DNA of 61,460 nt, the filler included. It is 10 parts of 10 records of this genome, joined end to end, with 100 filler letters (N's around TTAATTAATTAA, not from the genome) between each part and the next. Parts side by side here need not be neighbours in the genome. Positions count along the whole stretch, not along the records: positions 37,844 to 50,093 come from SRR7504441_6985; positions 50,194 to 54,685 come from SRR7504441_6986; positions 54,786 to 58,282 come from SRR7504441_7017; positions 58,383 to 61,460 come from SRR7504441_7018; 6 more parts are not named here. One strand, 5' to 3'. Under the pieces are notes generated by a model. That model made no database searches and was not told the origin of the DNA. It saw nothing but the letters and a program-made list of their open reading frames with translations. Below, one piece after another: positions 49,317-58,572 of this stretch. The translations under genes were made by a program, and so were the position numbers. Position 1 is the first letter of the stretch. Each line of letters opens with the position of its first letter.

Positions 49317-49661
49317 GGCATCTCAGGTTTGGCAAGCACCTTCTATACCAGGCTGACTTGGAACAAATTGTGACGCAATAATGTTGACTGATCAGTCAAC
49401 TATGGTCTGTTGTGATAAACAACAGTTCCTGGAACCACAAAAAAGACAATGTACATGTCACATCCAATACATCCAATACACATCCTATGGCATGGACATG
49501 GGCACAAGGGTACAACATTCAATGATTTTTAGAACAATCGTGATTGACGATGATTAAAAATTTACAGACATACAAGATTTCATGTACATACCAATATAAT
49601 TAATAAGTGTCAATCAATACGGTACATGTATTAAATGTTACATGAAGAATTCAAGTCACCG

Positions 49662-50093
49662 TTAGCTTGCACCCGGGCCGCGCGAGGGTGTTGCCGCCAA
49701 TGCCCTTGTATTCGTGGGTGTCTCAGCAATACCCACTTGCTTCAATTGTGTCGCTTTTCTCATTTTGGATACTCCAGCACTCGTGAGCCTCCACGGATTG
49801 TGTACATTCCGCTGGTACAATGCGTCCCTGGAGTTATCGAAGCTTGGACAGACACCCGCATCACTGAGCTCAGCTTCGATTATCGACTGAAGTTCAGTTT
49901 CAGACCATCTTTGTACACCATCGCTATCCCGCTCAACTTGAACAAGGAGGCGACAAAGAAATCCATTCAATGGATCATAAATGATCTCAATGGATGGCAG
50001 AGGTTTCCCAGCCCATCGACTATCGTCAGCCTCTGTCCAGGCAACTTTCCTCTGCGATGACCCGGATTGGCGAATGACAACATCTTGCATGTT
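49662..50093 (-). CDS. 3' part of a hypothetical protein
   Basis: Open frame from the spacer to a stop followed by AT-rich convergent intergenic DNA. Confidence 0.45.
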   Translation of the reverse strand, partial: NMQDVVIRQSGSSQRKVAWTEADDSRWAGKPLPSIEIIYDPLNGFLCRLLVQVERDSDGVQRWSETELQSIIEAELSDAGVCPSFDNSRDALYQRNVHNPWRLTSAGVSKMRKATQLKQVGIAETPTNTRALAATPSRGPGAS

Positions 50094-50193
50094 NNNNNNN
50101 NNNNNNNNNNNNNNNNNNNNNNNNNNNNNNNNNNNNNTTAATTAATTAANNNNNNNNNNNNNNNNNNNNNNNNNNNNNNNNNNNNNNNNNNNN
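50094..50193. other. Artificial contig spacer
   Basis: N-run / TTAATTAATTAA / N-run. Confidence 0.98.
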
Positions 50194-50383
50194 ACCATGA
50201 CGGGTACTCTTAGGTACTCTTGATTGAAATTATTACTTAATGAAAAATCTTGTTGAATAGTTCAATCAACCCAACTGTAGCCGTGTACACTTACTAGCAG
50301 TAGTTGGAATGCACACCCACAAGAAAATTACTAAATTTATTTATAGTTTTTGTGGCTGCATAATCACTACATGATTGTATTCA

Positions 50384-50950
50384 TCAATTTCGCAGTGCAT
50401 TGTCATAATTTCGCAATGCGTCGTCAAGAATTGCTACTGTCGCATCTGACCTAGTCGAATTGTTGCGTGCACTTTTTGTGGAATTGGAATCACTCTTGAT
50501 CCCCAAAGCCTGTTTTGCTTCATCGATTGCCTTCTTTTCCGCCTTTTTCGTCTTTCTTGCCAGATCCTCCAATCCAGCAGCCTTGAGTTTTCTCAGGCGT
50601 TCTGCTAGAACACTAGTCGGCTTTACTCGTACTGTGGCTTTGGCTTTGTCCGAGCTTTGACTTTGTGAAGCTGAATTTGAGGGCTCCTTCTGCTTTGTCC
50701 TCGTCTTAGTTTTAGTTGTGTTGCTACCTGGTGATGGTGATGCAGCAGCTTTCTTTTTGGTGCCATTAGTTGACGTCTGATTCAAGCTGACGTTCCGTGA
50801 GCTTTCTGTGTCTTTGGTCGTCGTTTGATTTGCTCCTTTTGAAGCTTTCTCGCTCTTTTCGATCTCCTTCTCCTTGCTCTTTGCCCTCAGGTGATAGTTT
50901 GCTGGCTTCTTGAGGCTTTGGGGGAGCTTTTTGTTTTAAAGCTGCCGCAG
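50384..50950 (-). CDS. Fragment of a Lys/Ser-rich low-complexity protein
   Basis: ORFs 50766-50993 and 50384-50785 with charged composition; no clear start. Confidence 0.45.
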
Positions 50951-52020
50951 CCGAGAAGCTGGCCGAACTGACAAAGAAAGAGGAGGCTGTCAAACAGGAG
51001 GCTCAGCGAGCAAAGGAGAAAGCCAAGGCTGAGAAGAAGCAAAACGATGGAACAGCGCCGACTCAAGGAGGAAGAAGCCAGAAAGGAGAAAGAGGTGGCA
51101 GATGCTAGGCAGAGGATTGAAGAAGAGAAGATAAAGAAACTCGAAGCAGAAGAACTCAAAAGAAAAAATGAAGAAGCCATGAAGCTCAAGGCAGAGGAGG
51201 AGGCTAGAGTGCAGGCCGAACTTGAGAGGGCAGCTGCTGAAGCTGCAGCAGTACAGTTAGAGAGAAGAATTGCTGCCTCTTCCAAGCGTGCTATCGGCTT
51301 CTATTGCGAGAAGTATCAGGCAGGAGTGTTTTTTCACTGGAGAAAGATTCATGAAATGCACAATTATGTCGTCCGTGTTCTATCCCGAGTCCAAGCCATG
51401 CTACAGAACTCCGATCTGTATTTGTTTTTCTACAAACTAAAGCACCACCGAATATGCACAATTGAACACAGGCTTAGAGGTGTCTCTGCTATGAAGGTGC
51501 TTGACACAAATCGAAGCTCTCGCTTCATTCAAAAGTGGAGAATTGTTCTTAAGTCGTCTGAGGTCTTAATTTCAGCACTTGAAATGGGTCGGTCACTATG
51601 GGAGGAGGCTTGTGCAGACTTTGGAGGACAATATTGAAGAGGTCTAGCCCTAGTGTGTTGAACCGACTGGTGATGCCCATCCGCCAATCATGCAACACCA
51701 TATGTAAAAGCTTGAATACGCAGACACTGCAGTTTTGGAAAGATACCGAGACTGCCTTTGATTCAATCGCATTTCCTCATGATGTGCAAGAAATGCGCCA
51801 ACTGGGCCTCGTATTTGAGGCATTGGCGCGGGGTCACTATGAATCGATTCTACATGGGTGGTACTGTGACAGCCCAAGACAAGGAGATTCCAGCATCGAG
51901 TCACAGCACATTGATCAACCAAAACCAGTCATAGAGACATTGCTGAACTCAAAGCAGTCCTTTCACTGTGATGGTGGTGCGAGGGCAAAGCATTACTTGC
52001 GAGCACTGAAACTGTGCTAA
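50941..52020 (+). CDS. Fragment(s) of an E/K/A-rich coiled-coil protein followed by Sfi1-like W-spaced helices; possibly chimeric or pseudogenised
   Basis: AAAEKLAELTKKEEAVKQEAQ then EQRRLKEEEARKEKE in another frame; frame breaks near 51045 and 51637. Confidence 0.5.
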
Positions 52021-52296
52021 CGATTGTGAAAGCACCCCAAATCTCGAGCCAGCTAGATATATTATAAGCTACCACAGATCCATAACTAGTGTTAGACCGT
52101 ACTAGGGTCACATTGTTGCATAATTGTTGCAATGTAACAATGCCGTAACAATGACATTGTCATCTCGTATAATGATCAAGATGGTCACGATTCCAAAATT
52201 GAAAAATGTTAAATAAAATCTTATTGCGATCAGTCGTGTAGCGAGTACTAGTGACTTTATCATCTGAAGCCACACAAGCGCGCAAGCAACAAGGTA

Positions 52297-54010
52297 TCAC
52301 TTGTAAAAATCAGAAGTGGTGTACTCTTTCCACGGAGTATCAGCAAACATGATGTTTCGCAGAAAGTCTGGACCGGTAAATTTACCTTTTACGCATCGTC
52401 GCCAATACACCCATCGTGGAAAGACTTTCTCGTGAATTGTCCACAGCAGCCTTGAATCCTTACGCTGATCGAAGAAAAAGCTTTCGAGAGATTCGTCTTC
52501 GAATGCACTCTCTGCAAATCAGCATCATGTGTCATGGGTCATGGGGCATGGGATTCTACTGTGAGAGAGCTTACCTGCTAGCAGTAGGCGGTTGGGAGCG
52601 GTCATAGTGGCATTTGCTGTGTAGCCCCAGTACCTGTAAGCTCATGAGGGTAAATCTCTACTCGAACGCCTCAAGCGACCTTGTGCCCCACTCTAGGTCG
52701 AGCTCCCTTCCTTTCTTCAAAGAGAGAAGGTTGTGCATCACTGTCTTCACCTGGTCGTTTGCTGCCTGTCACCCGCCAGTTTCAACCGGCGGATTCCATC
52801 GAGCATGAGCACCGCAGACGTCTTCATTGTTTCTGTGGTTGCGCAATCACCCAGCCCAAATACATTATCAAAGCGCACTGACTGCAATGTGTGCTTGTCC
52901 ACTTCAACAAATCCCTGTAGGTCCGAAAGGGCCGAATATCTAAGAGCCTCGATTGGTACTGGTGCACACTGTTGTCAGTCTAGAATGCTGCGGACCGACC
53001 TTGCTGCGGCGTCACGTGGATCAAATCAAACTCTTCAGTGCTAAACCTGAGCCGTCCGTCGCCGTCTGCCGCTGCAAATACGGCCTGGTTTTGGTCCGGC
53101 CTGGCGTGCTCTCAGCACATGCCGCGGGGGCAGCTCTGCCTGATTTCAACCAGCTGCTTGCTGTGGCAGACTTGGATTGCACTCTTGGCAGAACAGGCCT
53201 CGAGTGTCTCTCTGTACTTCTTGACTGGGTAAAGCTCGTCAAGACCATTCATCAGCACCACTGGGCTGCTGCCCCGAATTCCCTGTTCTCTTAAACGGTG
53301 CTCGACTAGAAACATTGCCGAGTGTGTGGCCGCAGTGCACGCCGACCGGTCTCGTGGGTGTGTGAACAGCACTCGCCCCCCGCCAAACTCGTCCAGCGCT
53401 CGGCGCATATGTTCCACCCCGCCTTCCAGGTGGGTGGTGTGCACCCGTGAGCGCATCTCGAGCGCCTCGGACAGCCCGGGGACCGCCTGGATCTCCGGTC
53501 GGGTTCCGGCGGCCACCACCAGCATATCGTACCCGACCTGCCCGCGGCTCAGCCGGACCGGCCAGGGGGCACCTTGCTCCCATCGGCCGTATACACAGCG
53601 TTCTCGCTGGGCTCGAACTGTACCACGGCGTCTTGGATCCACTCGGCCTTTTTATGAATCAGTTTGGCCAGCGGTCGGCTGTCCATCGGGCTCCCGGTGC
53701 ACCCCGCGGCGGTCCAGGAGCGCTGGCCAGCAGTGATCGGCCAGCCGGCCGGCGGGTGCCTTGTAGTGATGGGTCTCCGACGGGTCGATCACGGCCACCC
53801 GCTTGGTCTTGCTCCCGGGGAATCGCCACAGCTTGCGGGCGAGCGCATTGCACAAGCCCAATCCGCCGGCCCCGGCCCCGACCACGAGCACCTGATTGGC
53901 CCAGCGGCTCAGCCCGAGCTGCAGCCCCGGGCCTGCCCCACCTCGAAGTGCTTCCGCTCCGCCGCAGCCGAGCACAGCCCCCTCCTCCCTGCCGGCAGAG
54001 CCCGCAGCAT
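52297..54010 (-). CDS. SQOR: Sulfide:quinone oxidoreductase-like flavoprotein with mitochondrial-type presequence
   Basis: VLVVGAGAGG, IDPSETHHY, YDMLVVAAG, FVEVDKHTLQ, VFGLGDC, ESFFFDQRK, YW..CVKGKFTGP. Confidence 0.85.
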
Positions 54011-54073
54011 CGTCTCGGGCGTGCGGCTGCAGTTAAACGGATTTTATCATCACGCTGGCACACCGTGGGCGCG

Positions 54074-54685
54074 ATGAAGCGGCGTTCGTGCAGCCCGGCT
54101 GAGGGTGACGCACCGAGCTGCCGGGCTCGAAGCAGGAGCCCCGGCCCAGACAGCCCCTCGAGTGCGGTCCGGCCGTGGGGCAGTTTCTCGGGTGCGGTCC
54201 AGTGCCCGGATGGCGCGGTGCTAGCAGACAGCAGGGCCCGGCTGCGCGGCTCTGTGCAAGCGGTGCGGCGGAGCGGGCGGAAGCTGCTGTTTGTTGAGTG
54301 CCGGAGCGACCAGCCGGCGGACGGGGTAGTCCAGCTGGTGCTGAACGCCAAGTACTGCGGACCAGACCTGGTGGCGCGGCTCGGGCAACTTCTGGCGGTC
54401 GGGGACGGGCTGCAGGCCGAGGGCCTGGTGGGCCGGACCAGGACCGGCCAGGACTCTCTCTCGCTCTTCGTCACACAGGCCACGCTGTCGCAGATGCGCG
54501 AGCCTGCGAGGCTTCTGAGGCTGTTTTCAGCGGTGGGCGACGGCTCATGGAGCCCGGAGCAAGCGGCGGAGGCGTTGGGGCTGACCGGACAGGCGCAGCT
54601 GATCCAAACGGTAGCGGCGGCTCTGCAGCCTGAACGAACGCTCAAGGCAGACAAGCGGCGCGAGGTAGAGGCTGGCAGGCTGGCG
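54074..54685 (+). CDS. OB-fold (tRNA anticodon-binding-like) domain protein, 3' truncated
   Basis: LRGSVQAVRRSGRKLLFVE...QLV...LAVGDGLQAEGLVGRTRTG. Confidence 0.7.
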
Positions 54686-54785
54686 NNNNNNNNNNNNNNN
54701 NNNNNNNNNNNNNNNNNNNNNNNNNNNNNTTAATTAATTAANNNNNNNNNNNNNNNNNNNNNNNNNNNNNNNNNNNNNNNNNNNN
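54686..54785. other. Artificial contig spacer
   Basis: N-run / TTAATTAATTAA / N-run. Confidence 0.98.
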
Positions 54786-56135
54786 AGTCGTTCGTATCAC
54801 GCTCCTCCTGATCGCCAGCATTCTTTATGAAGAATCGGTGCAGCTGCCGCATCAACGGCCCCGTCGGCTCACTCCATGGCGCCATCCGCTGAATATAGTG
54901 CAACCGCTCGGCAATCGATTGCTTGCTGTGCGGCACCGAGCCGGGCCCACGCAGCCGCTGGTTGGTCTCGTCGAACAGGCCGACCAGCACCGCCAGCGCC
55001 ACGCACACCGCAGCGTCCCTCCGGCCCGGCGAGACTACGAGCACGGCTCGCCCGGCCCCGAGCAGCATCCTCGCAAACTCTAGCACCGCTGGCAGCTGCC
55101 GGCCTGGCCCAAAGCTCGCCAGGCCTGGTGAGCTAGTCACCCAGCGCGTCCCTGGCTTGGGCACCCCCGGTGGACTGCTTGTCTGGCAAAGTCACCCGCA
55201 GCACCTGCACCTGACCAAAGCTGGCAGCGCGCCCAGGCCGCAGACACCTGCTCCGGAAGCCCCGATGGCTCGCCGCCGCACCACACCACCCCTGCTATTC
55301 GCTCGGCCGCAAGATCGACCCCAGCTGTCTGGCCTACCCACAGCCTGCTCTCACCCAGTCGGACTGCGGGCTCCTCCCACAGCTCTTCCGGCCAGCCCCA
55401 CCACGCCGCAGCGGTCAGCCCGCCGGCCCAGCCCTCCTGATCGTCCCCCGCGCCCTGGACGTACCGCCAGGTACCGTCCAGCCAGCTCGGATCGACACAC
55501 GGTGGACACCCTGTAGGAGACGAGGCAGACAAACAGACGAGCGGGTGGAAATCGAGCTGCGTGTAGTCCGGAGCCGGGTCCTCCCAGAATAGTGAGTCCG
55601 CGTGGATCCACAGCGGCCGGATCGGCTTGTGCAGCCGGCCGGCGAACGGCTCGAGCAGCCGCGCCTGGTTGAGCTGCTGCTCCCACTGGCACAGCTTGCC
55701 CTCTATCTGGTGCCGCTCGCTCGCGGGGATCGTTGGGGCCAGGCACAGCTCCGTGGGCTGCCCGAGCGCCCGGCTGACCAGGCAGGCCCATATGGCCGCC
55801 GTCTTGGACAGGGCATCGGGCAGGGTCTTGCCCTTGGTGGTCGAGTCCACGATCAGCACCCCGCCCCGCTCGAGCACCGCGGTCAGCACGTTCAGGTTGA
55901 GCCGGCGCAGACTGAAGTGATGCTGCCCGGCGTGCCCGTCGGTCGACTTAAAGTAGCACAGCGCGTCCGGCCGCCGGCAGTACCAGGCGCCGGCCCGCAT
56001 ATTGGCGAACAGCGGCAGCTTGGCGGCCCGGGCCACCAGGTCCACGAACCGGGCGTCGGCCTCGATCGACCGGAGCCTGTCGTGCTCCAGCCTGTCGAGC
56101 GCCCGACGCAGGCACGCGTGTGAGCCAGGCTCCAT
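54786..56135 (-). CDS. RIT1: Initiator tRNA A64 2'-O-ribosylphosphate transferase
   Basis: RLRSIEADARFV, ANMRAGAWY, YFKSTDGH, FSLRRLN, IVDSTTKGK.LPDALSKT, YVQGAGDDQEGW. Confidence 0.93.
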
Positions 56136-56204
56136 CCCTGCGCGGCGCTGCCTCCTGCCTCTCCCCGGGTGGTTCGCCGGGCGGTCCGCGTCAGACTGAG
56201 AGCA

Positions 56205-57124
56205 ATGCCTCTGGAGCCCGTGGAGGTGCCGGGGAAGGGCCGGGGGTACCTGGCCGAGGCGGCGCTGTCGGAGGGTGAGGCAGTGCTCTGCCGCTACCCC
56301 GACCTGGCGGTGCTCTACACCCAGCCGGCCCGCACCCAGTGCGCCAGCTGCTTCCAGCCGGCCGCGAACGGCTGGAGCTGCACCGAGTGCGGATCCTTCC
56401 GGCTGTGCGCCCAGTGCGACCAGCCTGGGCTCAGGGCCTGGCACGGGCACGAGTGCGCGCTCTTCCTCACCGTGCCCCCCGGGATGCGCTCGGGTGACAC
56501 TGACTACCTCCGGTTCGTGCTGCGCTTCGTGGCCTGGCTGGCCCACGGCCCGCCGCCCGGGCTGCCGGACGGTAGCGGGACCGGGGTGCCCGGCCAGTTC
56601 AGTTCGCTCTGCCACAACCGCGAGGTGCAGACCGCCGAGTTCCTGAGCTGGACCGAGCAGTTTGCAAACCTATTTGGGGCGCACCGGCTGCTGGGCGAGG
56701 TGGTGACGCCCGAGCAGCTGGCCGAGCTGCTGTGCAAGATCCGGGCCAATGCGCTCGGGTTCCCGTTCTCGGATACCGAGATCTTGGGCTGGTGCTTGGA
56801 GGAGCAAGCTTCGGTGTTCAACCACAGCTGCTCAGCTAATTGTTTTATCGAATGCAGTGCGGCACCGATCAGTCAAAAGTCTGATCGGCTGGCAGGTGAA
56901 CGAGGGGAGCTGCGTGTGCGGACCAAGCGCCCAGTTGAGGCGTCAGAGGTGCGTGAGGTTTCTGAACAATGGTGACCGGTTTGCAGGAATTGACGCTCTC
57001 TTACATCGACATGTCTGACCTCGAGATGTTGCAAGATGTAGACAAGCGTAGAGCGCATCTGCGTGAAACCTATTGTTTCGAGTGTGAATGCGTACTGTGC
57101 TGTACACAACTAGAAAATAAGTAG
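56205..57124 (+). CDS. SMYD-type SET + MYND lysine methyltransferase
   Basis: GKGRG, CASC..CTEC..C..C..H..EC, FNHSC, ELTLSY, FECECVLC. Confidence 0.9.
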
Positions 57125-57348
57125 CTATAGTAAGTTATTTTGAGTGTCGACTACAGGATTTTAGAGGCTCGTAAAATCGATAGGGGCAAAGTGCTCGATT
57201 TGTGCCTGGAGTGCACCCAAATCTCGCAAGAGATGTTCCCTCAATTCCCACCTGCAAGCGGTCCTCATTTTCACCCTTTTGCAATCATTTCAGACCCATG
57301 CATTGCATAAAAGTTAGGAGCATTTCAAGAGGTTCTGAAGCTCACCTG

Positions 57349-57684
57349 CTAAAAGTCCTTCGGAAAGTTTGCAAGAATTTGGTGCCGAAACACATTCGCC
57401 GCCGCCCCGAACAGTTTGATCACTGCCTGAATCGCAACCGTCCCGAGCCGCATCAGCTCCAGTTGCGAGATGACCAGGATCAGCTGGAGCATCGCGTCCA
57501 GGTCCAGCTGGTCGCCCCCCGCCGGCTCGTCCCGAGGCACGTACAGGTACCCCTGGACGAACCCAGCCAGCCGATTGAAAGGCCCCGCCAGGTGCCTCGC
57601 ATCTGGCTTCTTGGCCGCCTGCGCCACCGCGCTGCGAGCCGTGGCCAGTAACGCCATCCCCGAGGCCGCCTCCTGGTCTGTCAT
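57349..57684 (-). CDS. Small hypothetical protein
   Basis: Coding-like ORF divergent from MED31; ends uncertain. Confidence 0.5.
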   Translation of the reverse strand: MTDQEAASGMALLATARSAVAQAAKKPDARHLAGPFNRLAGFVQGYLYVPRDEPAGGDQLDLDAMLQLILVISQLELMRLGTVAIQAVIKLFGAAANVFRHQILANFPKDF

Positions 57685-57784
57685 CCGCTCACTCACGCTG
57701 GTTGGGCTCGCGGCATCCCCCTGCTCACGCCTCAGAGGCGCTTCTTTGCTCCACACGGCAACAACGGACATTCGAGACATCAGC

Positions 57785-58233
57785 ATGTCCACCGAGGAGC
57801 AAGATCGGTTCGAGACCGAGCTCGAGTTTGTGCAGTGCCTGTGCAACGTGCGCTACCTGCATCGTGCGCCAACGATCGGCCCCGGGCTGACCGGCCGGCA
57901 GACCTGGCCCAGCACCGGTTCCTGGACGAGCCGGACTTCGTCAACTATCTGGACTACCTCCAGTACTGGGCCCGCCCCGAGTACGCCCGGTGCCCGAGCC
58001 GCCCGACGTGGGCTGATCCCGGGCCAGGTTTATCGTGTACCCGCAGTGCCTCCAATTCCTCCGGCTGCTTCAGAACTCCGCCTTTCGGAAGGAGCTGAGC
58101 AAGCCTGAGGCGCCCGGCTGGCCCGCGCCCGGGAGAGCGAGGGCAGGTGGTCGAAATGATCGCCGGCCAGCAGCACTTTTACTGGCGGAGGAATCTAGTG
58201 ACGCGGCCGCCGGAGCCCCCTGCCGCCTCGTGA
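57785..58233 (+). CDS. MED31: Mediator subunit 31 (SOH1)
   Basis: RFETELEFVQCLCN, FVNYLDYLQYWARPEYA, YPQCLQFLRLLQ; three introns. Confidence 0.95.
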
Positions 58234-58282
58234 GCGGCTGCGGCTGGCGGATGCCGGGCCCGGGGCGCTGCGGAATGGAGGG

Positions 58283-58382
58283 NNNNNNNNNNNNNNNNNN
58301 NNNNNNNNNNNNNNNNNNNNNNNNNNTTAATTAATTAANNNNNNNNNNNNNNNNNNNNNNNNNNNNNNNNNNNNNNNNNNNN
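58283..58382. other. Artificial contig spacer
   Basis: N-run / TTAATTAATTAA / N-run. Confidence 0.98.
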
Positions 58383-58572
58383 ACTCGGTGCTTGTGAGCA
58401 CCAACAGGCAGACTAGTACTACCGTAGATAAACACACCGGTGAAGTGAGATTTGATTTGACGATGCATGCCCGCGCGGGTTCTCTGCGAGCAAGTTCGGC
58501 ACCGGCGAGCCGAGCCTCCAGCAGGGTATCGCGCGAGAGCATCCAGCAGGGTATCGTGCGAAGGCCCAGCCC

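Noticed and set aside
189-58146. Introner-type transposon origin of the short introns
   Set aside because: The introns share length and end motifs but I saw no extended sequence identity or terminal inverted repeats among them.
4962-58382. Nine identical TTAATTAATTAA elements flanked by Ns
   Set aside because: Synthetic six-frame-stop linkers used to concatenate contigs; the 'LIN' ORF endings are artefacts.
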